Made by a program: the position numbers and the translations under genes
Shown here: positions 26,381 through 40,757 of the stretch, piece after piece
How the letters are laid out: the number at the start of each line of letters is the position of its first letter
Position numbering within the stretch: the stretch's first letter is position 1
The notes under the pieces: generated by a model
Told to the model about the DNA's origin: nothing
Seen by the model: only the letters and a program-made list of their open reading frames with translations
Database searches by the model: none
From: the human T2T-CHM13v2.0 reference genome, Homo sapiens
Direction: 5' to 3' (one strand)
Assembly: GCF_009914755.1 (NCBI RefSeq)
Contig: NC_060926.1
Length of the DNA stretch: 64,000 nucleotides

Positions 26381-26459
26381 GTCTCTTTTAAGTGTTAAAT
26401 TCCAATTGATTTTAAAAGAAACTTCACTCAAAAGTTAGGGAAAGGAGCATTGGGTCAGG

Positions 26460-26925
26460 TGTTAGGAATTGCTTCTGGTTGGCCTAACAAATTTAGAATT
26501 TGTCTTTTCCTCACGTAAAAGGATTCCAGAAATAGGCAGTCCAGTGTCCATACAATATCACATCATCTCAGTCTCCTTCAATCTCTCTTCACCCACTTCC
26601 TTAGTGCGTGGTTTTTATCCTTGGGTTCCCTCTTGATTTTTAGCATTGTTTTCTATCTTAATTGGTTTCTCTTCTCATGGTCACAAAATTTCCATTTTGT
26701 TCCAGGCAGAAAGAAGGACAAAGGGAGTAAGGGTGTTTGCCATTTAAGTAATCTGCTTAAGAGAACTTTCCTAATAACTCAACCTTAAGACTTTAGCTTA
26801 TATCTCATTGTAAGGGAAGCATAGAAATTTAGATTTTTAGCTGTAAACATTTCTACCCCAATAGTATAGGAGTAAGGTAAAAAGAGAGACAGGATTTTGG
26901 CAGGCAACTCGCCATCTCTGTGAAA
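26460..26925 (-). mobile_element. Old MaLR LTR (MLT1J/K/L-like)
   Basis: CATGGTCACAAAAT, TTCCAGGCAG, CTTATATCTCATTG motifs. Confidence 0.5.
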
Positions 26926-27047
26926 GACCTCATATGAGCCAAAGTTTCTGTTTGAAGCTGCTTATCCTGTAGAGGTGAACAAGATATGGGTCTGTAAAAT
27001 GCCACATAATTGTTTTTTCTTTTTTAAAATAAATTATCTTAGTTTAG

Positions 27048-27363
<316 letters not shown>

Positions 27364-27526
27364 AGGAATAGAACTTTTTAAGGCAATACTCATAATATTG
27401 TGTAGTATAATAAGTTATTCCAGGGTCATAAAATGGGATTTCTGGAGAGGGAAATGTATCCTTAAGAGTTCCTTACTCATATTACCGTCTCTAGCACCCA
27501 GCACAGCTCTTGCCGTATGGGTAATA

Positions 27527-28001
27527 GTATGCGTTCTAATGCTACGTATGTAGTGGCTTACAACCCAAATTTATATCTTACAGTTCTGTGGGTTAGAAGG
27601 TGACTCTGGTCTCACTAGGCTAAAGTCAAGATGTGATAGGGCTGTGTTCCTTTCTGGGGCCTCTATGTTTCCTTGCCTTTTCTAGCTTCTAGCTGCTGCC
27701 TACATGCCTTAGCTCATGGCTCCTTCCTTCATTTTCAAAGCCTGCAGCATTAAATTTCTATAACTATTCTTCCATAGTCACAACTTCTGACTACTGACCT
27801 CCCTCTTCTACTGGAAGGACCCTTGTTATTACATAGAGTTCGACAGATAATCCAGGATAATCTCCTCATTTTAAGGTCAGTTGATTGGAAACCATCATTC
27901 CATTTGCAAACGTAATTTCTATTTGCCATGTAAGGTAGCACATTTATGGGTTCTAGGATTAGGAAGTGGACATTTTGGGAGGTCATTATTCTGCTACCAC
28001 A
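27527..28001 (-). mobile_element. MaLR LTR (MLT1C/D-like)
   Basis: TCTTACAGTTCTG, CCTTGCCTTTTCTAGCTTCTAG, ATAATCCAGGATAATCTC, ends TACCACA. Confidence 0.82.
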
Positions 28002-28039
28002 GTGATGGTGGATAAAAGTGCTGTTAATAAGTAATTAAA

Positions 28040-28210
28040 AACAGCTAACATAATGTGTTTCATTCTATTCTTCAACAATTACTATGAAGTACGGAAACTG
28101 GGGTTTAGAAACTTGGACTAACTTGGACAAAATCACAAAGTCAGGATCTTGCCCACATCTGAGTGACGTAAGAGTCCATGTTTGTAAACATAGGCTGTAC
28201 CACTTATTTA
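28040..28210 (-). mobile_element. MIR fragment
   Basis: GGAAACTGGGGTTTAGA...TAACTTG core. Confidence 0.55.
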
Positions 28211-28370
28211 TAACCGAATGAACAACACATGCAGCAAACCTGATTCTGTGACAGAGTTTTATGGTTTTGCATGAAGGTTAGTGCGAAATCTGGCTAAACA
28301 AATTTTAGAGTCTCAGTCCAGCCCAGTCACTTTTAAAGTATACAATTGTAAAGTGAAATAAAAAAATTAC

Positions 28371-28822
28371 ATGCACACGTATGTTTATTGCAGCACTATT
28401 CACAATAGCAAAGACTTGGAACCAACCCAAATGCCCATCACGATAGACTGGATAAAGAAAATGTGGCACATATATGCCATGGAATACTATGCAGCCATAA
28501 AAAAGGGTGAGTTCATGTCCTTTGCAGGGACATGGATGAAGCTAGAAATCATCATTCTTAGCAAACTAACACAGGAACAGAAAACCAAACACCGCATTTT
28601 CTCACTCATAAATGGGAGTTGAGCAATGAGAACACATGGACACGGAGGGGAACATCACACACTGAGGCCTGTTGGGGGGATAGGGGCCTAGGGGAGGGAT
28701 AGCATTAGGAGAAATACTTAATGTAGATGACGGGTTGATGGCTGCAGCAAACCACCATGGCACATGTATACCTATGTAACAAACCTGCACATTCTGCACT
28801 TGTATCCCAGAACTTAAAGTAT
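28371..28822 (+). mobile_element. 5'-truncated L1PA 3' end with TSD
   Basis: AATAAAAAAATTAC at 28357 and 28823; ORF2 C-terminus [11 protein letters not shown]. Confidence 0.96.
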
Positions 28823-30056
28823 AATAAAAAAATTACTTTGTTTTATGATTTAGATTTTTTTCTCATCATTGGCAATCTGTGAAGCCCCAGATTTGTATGG
28901 AACCTGGTAACAAGAATTATTGGCATTTCCATCTGTGCTTAATCATACTATGTAGACTTGGTAGTTATATTTTATTTAATAATCTTTTTTTCCTTGCTTT
29001 TTTCTTTTTTAAGCATTGTTATTCCTATGTACTGGAGGAAATCCAGGTATTTTCAGCATTGGGCTATATTTAAATCCCTTTTTTACTATAAAGAAACCAT
29101 ACTAACTAGGAATGGTGTGAGGGTTTCTGAATATATTTTCACATGCCTCATCATCCTTATTTAATTTAGCATTCACATAATGCAAATCATCAAGATCAAT
29201 GTAGGTTGGAAATATTTAAGGCTGTAAAATTTTGTACCAGTTTATTATTGTAATTGAATACTAAAGTATAATATTGAGGAAGTTTATTTTTTTCAGTCTT
29301 TCATGACACTTCTTATATTTTGAGCTGCTAACATATATATAAAAAGCCATTTCTTTGAGTACTGAAGAAGAAATCATATTTTTTGTGAATATGAAAGACT
29401 AATGAAACTGTTGCTTAAAATGTGAATTTGGCAATATTGAGAAGTAAGCTTAGGAAAAACTTAGGAAATTGTCACAGCATGGCCTTTAGCAAGAAAACTT
29501 TTCATGATGTTGCATTCTGGTGCTTTATTGATATGGCAAATCATTTTATTCGATAGTTGTAAAGATCTTCTACGAAAGACTGTCACCCATATTTGTGGGC
29601 TTAAGCAATGTTTTGTTTGGGTTATATGGAAATCATTCTTCTGGATAGTGGTTTCTCTCAGGCCTCAAATCCTCTTTTCTTATTATTGTTATAGTAAATT
29701 CTATAAAGGATGAATGAATTAGAAAGATCTTCTCATTAGACTAATTTGATATAATGATCATCTTTCCACATGATGATTTTCTATGAATAAATGGTAAAGA
29801 CTCATTAATGTGATTTTAGAGGCTCATTTGTTCTACAGAAGATCTTTTTTCTTTTAGAAGAGAAAGATCTGAGTGTAATTAAGTTAGATTTGTATTCTTC
29901 AGGATTCTAGGAAATCTGGAAATGTATATTTTGAACTTCAATATTTATAGTATATATATGCAAGAAAATTGTAGCTCATTGTTTTGAATATGCTGATGCA
30001 TAATAAATGTGAGGTGAGAAGGAATAGAAAAAGAAGACAAAGAGAACAGAGGTTGA

Positions 30057-30370
<314 letters not shown>

Positions 30371-30559
30371 ATGAACATTTTTTCGACTGCAAGAATTCTC
30401 AGCAATGTTATCATTTAGTGGCAGTGTTTACCAACATTCTCTCTATTAGGAATCCATTTCCTTTTGCCATTTGGCTAGAATTCTCAAGTGGTATCAACAC
30501 AATAGTCCCATGGTATACTCAACATTCAGTTTTGAAATATATTATTAGTACATTTAAAC

Positions 30560-30690
30560 TATAAATATACAGATCCTCAAAGGCAGGATTGTATTATTTA
30601 TCTTTTTACTCCCCAGTGCTTATCCTACTGTCTGATACATTGGGAGTACTCAATAAATTTTTATCAAATGAAAGAATGAATGAATTAAAC
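30560..30690 (+). mobile_element. L2 3' end
   Basis: AGGCAGGA...TACTCAATAAAT...AATGAATGAAT tail. Confidence 0.7.
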
Positions 30691-31127
30691 CACAAATTAC
30701 CCTCTTCTAAGAACATAAATGTTTGATTTCATTTTACTCAGCTATTACTTCATATATATGTTTGGAAGCTGGATTAGATTGTCTCTAAGGCCCTTCCCAG
30801 CATCAATTTGGGTTATGTGGAAATCATTTTGTATCTCTACGATTCTTTCCTTTATTTGGTTGTGGTAGATAATGGGGTGGTACTCCTTCCCTCCTCAGTT
30901 GTTACCTCTGCCGAGATGGCAGAGAGAAACATTTTCAAGATTTACTTTTCTTTTTTATTTATTCTGCTTAGCTTTCTAGAGATTGTAGAATGCTACATGG
31001 CTCTTTCAGTAAGAAGCTATATCATGGAATTTATTCTAAGCTACCTAGAACTGCTTTAGAACTATAATGGTCTTTCTCCTGCTGTACCCTGAGGCCTCAG
31101 GTTCATTGGCTTTTTGTCAGATTGCCG

Positions 31128-31268
31128 TAGGTCTCAGTTTGCCTGTGACAGTTGCAGTTAATAACTATTACTGTTGCTTGGTAACTGTTGCTTGATATAA
31201 TTGTTAATAGTGTCCCTTTTATTCTCAAAAGTGACCTGGTTTGGACAATAAGTTATAGGGTTACCTAC
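31128..31268. mobile_element. Small hAT DNA transposon (MER94/MER81-like)
   Basis: CAGTTTGCCTG...AAAAGTG..CTGGTTTGGACAATAAGTTAT motifs. Confidence 0.5.
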
Positions 31269-32174
31269 TAACTTAGCTCTTTTACTCCTGAAGTGTCTCC
31301 TCTCCCTTGTATTGAGGTGTGCTCATTCCTGGTAGTGCTGAGCCTTGGGTGTAGGCAACTATCCTCCTACATTCCTTCTCCTATGCCTCTTCTAAGGCAA
31401 TTGGCACAGAGGCAGAGTGTACTCACATTTCTAAGTTTCTGGAAAAAAAATACATTGAATACTTCTGGGTTTAAAAATGTGACCATTTGCCTCTAAGAGC
31501 TAATTTGATAGAGCAAAATAATAATAATGCAAATTCATTTTTAATGAAAAATCTATTCAGTTCTAAATAGGAAAGAATATCAGTGCAATGTAAATGAAGG
31601 CATTATAAAATCTTCAGATCCTTTTTGTCTTCTTGGAATTGTTTTTCTCATGCATTTCCAAGTGCGCTTTCTTTATGGTTGTGGCCTCTACAGCACTCCA
31701 GTTCAGGGCTATTATGCACAGCATAGTTAAGGGATGTAGGAATAAGGAAGGGACTCAAGTTTGTTATGGGAATTATGTCAAGTGTACACAATGCACTTGA
31801 AAAGGAAAGAAGAAAGTGAACAACGCAAGTTCTGCAGTCTTCCCAAGGGATTGAGAATTGGAGGCAGGAATTGAAGGATGGGTGGGATTTCTGCAGGTAG
31901 ATGAATGGGGTAAGATTTTAAGTGGTAGGTTGTGATGTGCTGTCTTCTAGTGGGCCTGCCCAATTTAAGCAAGAAGAAAGAAAAATGGGGGATTAAGTGA
32001 CTGGGTCAGAAAGAGAATTTGAGATTCTGGGGGTGAAGCGGTTTGAACGTTCACGTACTCAGCTTCACATGACATTTGCTTTTATTGGATTTTGAATATT
32101 GTTTTAAAACTTTTATTTCTGTAGAGGAGTTTCACTTTTAAGACAGGGAAGGATAGAATTGAAAGTAAAAATTA

Positions 32175-32493
<319 letters not shown>

Positions 32494-33129
32494 TTAATGA
32501 GTCCCTGAGTAGCTTTATTACTATCTCTTCTCCTTTCACACCTTTGGTGGCATATAGAACATAAGGGAGTCAGTAGGGGAGAAAGGAGAAGTATATGTGT
32601 ATATGATTTGGTTGCTGCTGGCTTGCTTGTGCTGGCTTTGTGTCCACAAGAAAAGTATAGGCTTTATTTTGACAAGAGTGAGAGGTGTCCATATTGGGTA
32701 CACACTCTGGGTTCAATATTAGAAGATAAGCATTCTGCAGGGACATTCTTTATAGTCCATGGAGAAGATGAGGGTGGGGGAATGAAAGACGTCCCTGGGG
32801 ATGCCCATTTTCAGAGGAGTTTGTTTGAAGCTTTTATGCATTCAATTGGGTGTAGCATGGAGGCATTAATGCAAGAAGCCTGAACCATCCCTCCCAGCAG
32901 ACCTGCCCTTTGCCTGAGGTAGAGATCCTGTTTTTCCTGTCTTCCTTCTCATTTGTCTTTTCTGGACTTTTAGTACTACAGGTTCTATAGACAATTTTCC
33001 TCTGGGTACTCTCAGAATATAATTTACTCTTCAACTTCAGAGTGTTTTTAGCTTTTGTCCTCTCTGCCCATTCTAACTGGTTTTACAGACATAAATTTAT
33101 ATTCATATGCAGATTTGATTAGTAAAATC

Positions 33130-34110
33130 ATCCATTTTTTCACTCAGTAAATGTTTATGGAGCTTTCATTTATATGCCCATCACTGTTCTAGGTGCTGGA
33201 ATGCAGGAGTGAACAGAAAAGATAGCCCTCATGGAGCTTAAAAGAAAAGTTAGATCAGGGCAAGGAGGACAGGGAGTGGAGAGGAAAGGGAACAATTGCA
33301 GTAGTGAGTGGAGTGATTAAGAGAGGCCTCAGTGACAAGGTGAGATGAACTCTGAGGCGAGAGGATTGGCCAGGAGTTATCTCAGGGAAGCACAGGGGGA
33401 ACAAGAGGGAAAAGCGAGAGCAAAGGCTTAAAGCAAGAACATGCCTAGTGTGTAGTACAGAATAGTACAGAGGCCAGGAGATTGGGGTGAAGTCACTGAA
33501 AGGGACAGTAGTCGTACTAGAGATCAGAGAGTCTTGGAGGACTTTGCAGGGACTTTGTTATTCTCTGTAAAACAGAAGGCCATTTCAGGACTTGTGGCAC
33601 GAGAGTGTCAAGATCTACATTAGGCTTGAAACAAGCTTGTCCAGCCTGCAACAGCTTTGAATGCAGCCTAACACAAATTTGTGAACTTTCTGAAAACATG
33701 ATGAGATATTTTTGTGATTTTATTTTTTCTAGCTCATCAGCTATCATTAGTGTTAGTGTATTTTATGTGTGGCCCAAGACAATTCTTTTTCTTCCAGTGT
33801 GGCTCAGGGATGCCAAAAGACTGGACACCCCTGGCTTAAAAGGATCACCATGGGTGGGACATGTGTGAGTCAGAACAGAGCAGGAAGACCTGCCGGGAGT
33901 CTCCTGCAGTGCTCCAGGCAAGAGGTGGTGCAGCTTGGATTAGGTGGTAGTAAGCACTCAGATTCTGTGGATGTTTTGAAGCTAAAGATCAACAAGATTT
34001 TCTGCTGGATTGGATGTGAGGTGACATCCTTCTCTGCTGTAAGAGACAGACTGGAGTCAAGGACAGTTCTAGGGGTTTCGGCTTCAGCATCTGGAATATT
34101 GGAATTTTCA
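33130..34110 (-). mobile_element. L2 segment containing a nested MER30
   Basis: CTCAGTAAATGTTTAT...CACTGTTCTAGGTGCTGG...CCCTCATGGAGCTTA. Confidence 0.78.
33632..33833. mobile_element. MER30 (hAT-Charlie)
   Basis: TIRs CAAGCTTGTCCA/TGGACACCCCTG; 8-bp TSD GCTTGAAA/GCTTAAAA (7 of 8). Confidence 0.9.
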
Positions 34111-35229
34111 AGGCAGCTAAATACTTTATAATTAATAAATCTATTAATTTATAACCTGCAAATGTTCTCATAAATGTTTTCCCTATAATGCTTTAGAAAT
34201 GGAGATTGGGCCAGAATACAGAGGGATGTGCAGTACTCAAGGTAAAGTCTCTGGCCTGGTGAAGGTTGTCCTTGTAACCTTCTTCTATTATACCCCATTG
34301 GACACTGCGTACCTCAAATATAGGAACTGTGAATTATTTCCCTTTGCACTTTTGCTATCTACCACAGTGGCTGTCATATATTGTCTTTAGTCAAATCTTG
34401 TTATTGATTTTAAGATAAAACATTATTTTATGTACTACTAACAAATGTTACCACTTATATGAATGATTTATTATTACTTTAAAAATGTAATAAATGTAAA
34501 AATATTTTAATAAATATATCACTACTTTAATAAATGTATTGGAATTTGATATTAAAGAGTTATTTTGGACTATTTAGACAGAAATATTTATCATTTAATG
34601 TTACTTTCTTTAGGGGCATTTCTTGGCTTGTGAAAGGCAATACTTTTTACGTATATCAGTAAAAAATGTAATATGGCTTCATTTACTTGTGGGTGTCATC
34701 CTTTCTAAGTTATCAGAAAGCACTTTGTGTTACTTTGCAAGAAAATATAAAACAGCCATTATTCTCCAAACCATGCGTATGTGCTTCATTAATATTAAAT
34801 GTATGCTCCATCATACAAATTCCTTTTCTGTGTATATAATAACATTTTTTTCAATGATGCATCATAGTTTAATCTTTTGGATGGTATTTTTTAAAAACAA
34901 ACTCTACGAATATTAACAATGCACATAACTTAATTAAAAGGATAAAAATATGAAGAACTAGGATCAAGTTCTTGGCAGATTATAAAAACTATATCACAGT
35001 TGCCCCCTGGCTGACAGCAATTGTAGAATGTCATTCATTGTGAGAAACATTCTGATATCTCAGTTGTTAAAATGTGAAAAATGTACATCTTAGAGCCAAT
35101 GAAATATGGTAGTAGATATTCAATAATGCTTAAATGCTTGAAGTGTGACTTTCTACCCCCTGCCACCCACGGGTATATCTCTAGCTCTAGGCTGCAGTGA
35201 GTTTTAATCCATACTTGCAAAGCAAGCCC

Positions 35230-35771
35230 TGTTGCAGCCTTTGATGTAATATTTCTATTTTTATTTTTTTCTGCCGAGTATCCCTTCTTATAGGAGATTA
35301 CCCCTCCCACCTATGCTCTGTCCCTGTGGTTGGATGAGCTTCATTTTGACCCCCATTCTTCCCAAAGCATGGCCAGGGAGGATGTGTGACAGAGGCAGGG
35401 CCAGCCTACTCTATCAGGTGACAGTGATTGGTTCAGGGATCGTCACATGATCCAAGCCAGGTCAGACAGATGCTGACTTTTGTCAGAGCAATCAGGAAAA
35501 TAAGCTTTCTTTTTCTTTAAGATTATAATTTTTTAGGACCTTGAAAGCTGCAGCTTCTGGTGGCCACCTTTCCATTATAGAGACAGTCTAGAAAAGTAGA
35601 ATTGAGATGGGGTGAAAGTTCTCTGGCCATCTCTGATCCTCTTGATCTAGCAATAATTGAATCTAGATTTATTCCTGAAGTGTTCAGTTATATGGCTAGT
35701 ATTTTTTTACCCTTGAATAGGCTGAATTCAGATTCTGTGGTTTAAAGCTGAAAATGTCCAATATATATACA
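35230..35771 (+). mobile_element. ERVL LTR (LTR16-like)
   Basis: GACAGTGATTGGTTCAGGGAT..CACATGATCCAAG motif; ends ATACA. Confidence 0.65.
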
Positions 35772-36359
35772 GAAGCATTTTCCTATCTGCTGCTCCTCCA
35801 CTTCTTCACAGGAAATATCCCCTGTGGAGTACAGGCTGACAGTCAGTTACTGTCTTCACTCTGTGTGTTTCCAAGTCTCAGAAGTCTTAACCTTACCCTT
35901 CACCCTTATCTTTCTGAATTATTCTGTTCATCTAAATTGATTTTATAGTGAATTGTCAAAACCAGGGGTAAGTTAGGATTTCTACTTCTTCTAGGCCTGA
36001 TTCTCAGCTCAGCTTTCTTAGTCGTTGAGTGGTAGATGACTTCTTGCTCTGAGACTTCTAACAGACTCAGACTCCTACTTTTGATAGAAGCCAACTTCTA
36101 GTGTCTCTTTCAAAGTCTGAATACTTATTTATGCCTCCTACAAAGCCCTGGCCTCTTTTGGTGATGAACACCTCACACCCTCAGCTCATTTGCAAAGCAC
36201 ATAGGCCTGTGATGCTCTAAATTTCTCTGAAGGTTAAAACTTTTTCAGTCAGGTTATTACCTCTAGCTACTTTCCTAAATTTTCTTTGGTAGCTCATATA
36301 TTCCAAGTGCAGAGATTTAAATCTCCCTAACTTTTTGTAACTGGACTCATATAATATAC

Positions 36360-36540
36360 AGTGGTATTGTATTGTGGGGCTAAGAATGAGTTTTGAAGCC
36401 AGAGAGACCTGGGTTCCTGGCTCAGGTAATTATTGTAAGTTTTAAATTTACCTACATATTGATCTATATCCTATTCTCTCTCTCTGAGTCTATCATACCT
36501 GGCATATAGCAAGTTTTCATAAATGATATCTATCATTAGA
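36360..36540 (+). mobile_element. MIR fragments
   Basis: TTTGAAGCCAGAGAGACCTGGGTTC head; CCTGGCATATAGCAAG...ATAAATG tail. Confidence 0.55.
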
Positions 36541-37617
36541 AAATTACATATCATGTTATTTCTGAGTATTTTTATGTCTGATTTACATTTTCCATTGAAT
36601 TTATATTATACAAGTTTAGTTGTTCTTACTTTGCTCATTCTTTTGTATATACACAATGCGAGAATGCAAGAACAGTCATAATTAATCTAAGGCAGCAAAC
36701 TTTGGATCCTTGCAAAACAAAACTCTAATATTGCAGACAAATCCACATATCTTGCCCTAAAATAAAACTAGAGAAAACTCTGAAAGCAGAGTTAGAACAG
36801 TAGTAGAATTTATTACCTAAAAGGCAGAACTTGGCCAGGTTCTGCCATCTCTTATAGGTTAAATATGTCTCTATAGAATTCTTAGCCGCAGATAAAGTAA
36901 TCCTGTTTGATTTATATGGCCCCATTTTAAGAAATCTACAGAAGGGAAGGTCTATACCAATTCTTTATCTTAGGCACCTTGTTGGCAGTGGCTTTGTGTC
37001 CAAAAATATTTGGAATGAGAGGATATAAAAGACTTCTTTCTATGCAATTTTCATTTGTTCGGTTCCTTCCTCAGTATGTAGTAATGTTTGCTGAGCTATA
37101 TTAATCAAGGATTTAAAAAAATAGTTTTCTTAGTACTTGAGAAGAGTGCCAGATTGATTTCCAGGAAGTTCGTGTCCTCCTAATGTGGCATAATTAACTA
37201 AATTCAGTTTCTTTGTCTGCTTCTTGCACCTATCAGAATTACACAGCCTTAGGAAGAAGGGCTATCAAATCTGAAAAGTCAATTCTTGCATTCCTTATTA
37301 CTATGGAAGAGAAAAAAAAGGTGACTAAAGATTTAGACCTAAGGTAAAATTATTAAGAATTATTTATTACAGAGTTTGGTTCTTAACCTTTATGGGTTAC
37401 AGACCCCTTAGAGAAATTTATGAATGCTGTGGACACTCTCTCCCCAAAAATGCAAAAATAGACACAGGCAAAAAATTCTGCACCTAATTTCCAAGGTATT
37501 ATGAATCTCTTGAAACTCATTTGGGCTAAGAACCTAAGTGTGATTTCTTAAAAATCATAGACATTTAGAGTAGTTACAGGACTTTAGAGGCCATTTGGAT
37601 GAATCTCCGGCCTAACT

Positions 37618-37837
37618 CAAGGGTTTTTCAAACTCAGCATTAACTTAAGACATTGGACTGGATAACTCTTCGTCATGTGGGACTGTTCCATGTCTTGTGG
37701 AACTGTTCCATGTCTTGTGTTCAGCAGTATCTCTTTCCTCTACTCACTGGGTGTCAGGTAGAGGTAGGGGCAGTTGTGACAATAAAAATATTTTCAGACC
37801 AAATGTCACATGGGGCAAAATCAATTGAGAACCACTG
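37618..37837. mobile_element. MER20 (hAT-Charlie)
   Basis: CAGTTGTGACAATAAAAAT...CAAATGTC...GGGGCAAAATC...TTGAGAACCACTG. Confidence 0.8.
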
Positions 37838-37924
37838 GTCTAACTTGAAAAGCCCTTCCATGATTTTGATAGCAAGTGATCATCTTGTCCTTAAAGGTAG
37901 TTTATTACCACAAACTGACACATC

Positions 37925-38415
37925 TGTTTAAATTTGAGTTTGCAGAAAGCAGAATCTGAGATAAGGCCTTAAGGAATAGTGGTCCTTAGAAGTCCAAGTG
38001 AGAGAGTGAACAAAGTGAGGCATAAAAGGGGGGAGAGCCAGTATAGTTTTTATTAGAGAGTGTTATCACTGTAGGCAACTGGGGCTTAGTTACAACAGGG
38101 ATTCCCTGATAAACAGTGCGGAACCCACCTTAGAATTTTTCCACCAAGGTGGGAAAGCCGAGATATTTATTCCTCCTCTCCTCGCCCTCATTGACTGACA
38201 CTGATCAGGTAGAATTTGATCCTCAGCATTCCCAGGCTCCCCTGCAGATGGGCTTTGCTAACTCCTGTGATTCTGGAGAAAGTTCTCAGGCAGAGTAGCC
38301 CAGTAGAGGGTATTTAACATGGACAGTTATCAGTTTGCAGAGGAACTGTCCTTTGAACTCAATGGCAAGCCAAAAAGATGTCGGGGCAGGGAGTCAATAG
38401 CATCTGCCCAGCAAC
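37925..38415 (-). mobile_element. Old ERVL LTR (LTR16/40/41 group)
   Basis: AAGCAGAATCTGAGATAAGG and ACTGTAGGCAACTGGGGCT motifs. Confidence 0.5.
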
Positions 38416-38511
38416 TCAATTTATGTTTTTTTAATTATGATTTTTTTTTTTTTTTTGCTGATACTTGCTTTCTTGTAACTGGGACCCAATGACTTATGCT
38501 GTCATCTATAG

Positions 38512-38809
38512 CAGAGGTTCGCATACTTTGCAAGTGGGCCAAAGTTGGCCTTTTTGTATAGTCTGTGAACTAAAAATATTTTTAAAAATTTTAAACTGTT
38601 GAAAAAATGGAAAAACTATAGTTGTAACATTCAAATTTCAATGTCTAAAAATAAGGTTTTATTGAATACATTCATGCACATTAGTTTGTCTGTGACCGCG
38701 TTACTGTTACAATGGTAAAGTGCATGGTTGCACAAAGACTACACAGTCTGCAAGGTCTAAATATTTACTTTCTAGCTGGTCTATTACAGAAAAAGTTGGC
38801 CAACCCTTG
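38512..38809. mobile_element. MER33/MER58-like hAT element with perfect 8-bp TSD
   Basis: ATCTATAG at 38504 and 38810; CAG...TTG termini; TTACAGAAAAAGTTGGCCAACCC end. Confidence 0.88.
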
Positions 38810-40064
38810 ATCTATAGCAACAATGAATAAGTCTATTTCCTCTTCCAAATGACAGCCTGGAAACGTTTCAAGATATTTTTCCTTTTTCTTTTCTAAGTGA
38901 ACTTTCCAAATTTCTTTAAATGTTTATTATATGGCATTATTCCAAGACCCTTCATTTTCTTGGGCACCTTACTATAGACGCATTTCATTTCATCAATGTT
39001 TTTCTTAAAATGTGGCTCTCAGAATGGAACATATTTTATAAAATGCAGTCTGAACAGTCAAAAGAATAGTGATGGTATCCCCTGAGTTGGGTAGTCTACT
39101 TTTAAAATGTGGCCTAACTCCATTAGGTTTTTGGAAGGCTCATTACAATGTCAGCTCATAATGAGCATTGAATCAACTAAAATCCATTTTCACATAAATT
39201 GGTTTCAGTATAGGTATATTATTTCTTGACATTAAGTGCTCCTTTTTAACTATTAGACATTCTTTCTGAATAAAATTTATTAGCAATTACTTTAAAAATA
39301 TTATTTATTGACTTCAAATATTTGTTAAAGTTTAATATTCATTGTTATAAATGAAAATATTTATGTTTATATTCAGTTGACCCTGATTTGGGATCTAATT
39401 TATTCCCAAATGACAGCCTTAATGTGGAATAATGACAGGTCAAACTTTTATGGCGTTATATTATAAAACAGGGTTCTTTCGGAAGATTAAGTTATTGACC
39501 CTGAGGCTTCACTCTTTTGTTGTAGTATTATGGAACCATATGCTTGTTAAGCCTTCAAGGTGGATGTACAGTAATGTACTCTTCTTTTTGACTTTTGACT
39601 TGGCCATGAGACTTGCTTTGACAAATGGCATAGTAGCAGAAAATAAATGTGCTTGCATGACTAAGTTTGCCTTGTGGGAGATTCTGATGGCTACCATGAG
39701 AGAAAAAAAAAAAATCCACCTTTCCCGGAAAGGCACTGACCCATTTACATGGAGTAGAACCAGAGTCTTATCAGAGGAAATTTCTTTCCTTTGCAGAAGA
39801 AGACCTGACAATAACTGCCCAATATAATTTCAAAATGTCCAGAGACCAGTGATTAAAATATGCCTGCCATTCTTCCCCTTTTCGTGTGGCAGTGTTTACT
39901 GCAGTGACCTTGTCCCTTTTGACACCATGGTAGAACTTGTCTTTTTACTTCCTAGATCTACAGATCAAGAGTGGCCACATTCGGACCTGATGTAGATCAG
40001 GACTTTAGTTTGATGTTGTGTTGGGGTGAATTTTTGAGTGTCTTAGGATGAATGTATTTTGCTC

Positions 40065-40453
40065 ATAGTAGGGCCTATTTGTGCTGCAGATGGACAGAAT
40101 ACCACAGACTACATAATTTATAAAGAGCAGAAATTTATTTCTCATAGTTTTGTTGGCTAGAAAGTCCATGATCAAGCTGCTGGCATCTGGTGTCTGCTAA
40201 GGACCTTCTTGCTAGTCCTCACATAGCAGAAGGTAGAAGGGCAACGAAGATGAACCTTGTGTCCTCACATGGCAGAAGAGCAAAAGAGAGCAAGCCCAAT
40301 GCCCAAACCCTTCTTATAAGGGCATTAATTCATTCAGAAGGGCAGAGACCTCATGACTTAAACATCTCCCTTCAGGCTTCACCTCCCAACATTGTTGCAT
40401 TGGGATTTAAGTTTCCAACACAAGAATTTTGAAGGCAAAATCAGACCATAGCA
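40065..40453 (-). mobile_element. MaLR LTR (MSTB/MSTC-like)
   Basis: AATACCACAGACT...TAATTTATAAAGA...AAGTTTCCAACACA...ACCATAGCA. Confidence 0.82.
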
Positions 40454-40554
40454 GTAGATATGAATAGCTGTAAACAAGGAGGTAAAGTGCAGCAGATTAA
40501 ATTATTGGTCCCACTTTCTAAAACTTTCTATAGTCATATTATCCTGGCCTAATG

Positions 40555-40757
40555 CAGTGGTTGGCAATCTATGGCCAAATCTAACTGGGTCAGCTCTAAC
40601 TGCAGTTTTTTATTTTGTAAAGTCTTCAGCTAATAATGGTTTTTACATGTTTAAAGGGTTTAAAAAGAGACAAAATATGCAGAAGAACTGTATGTGGCCT
40701 GCAAAACTTAAAGCAGTTTGTATTTGGCTTTTTACAGAAGAAGTTTGCCAATCCCTG
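40555..40757. mobile_element. MER3 (hAT-Charlie)
   Basis: TIRs CAGTGGTTGGCAA/TTGCCAATCCCTG; TSD GCCTAATG/GCCTAGTG (7 of 8). Confidence 0.85.

Noticed and set aside
39432-39827. 131-aa ORF
   Set aside because: Lies over MLT1-derived sequence; no recognisable domain.
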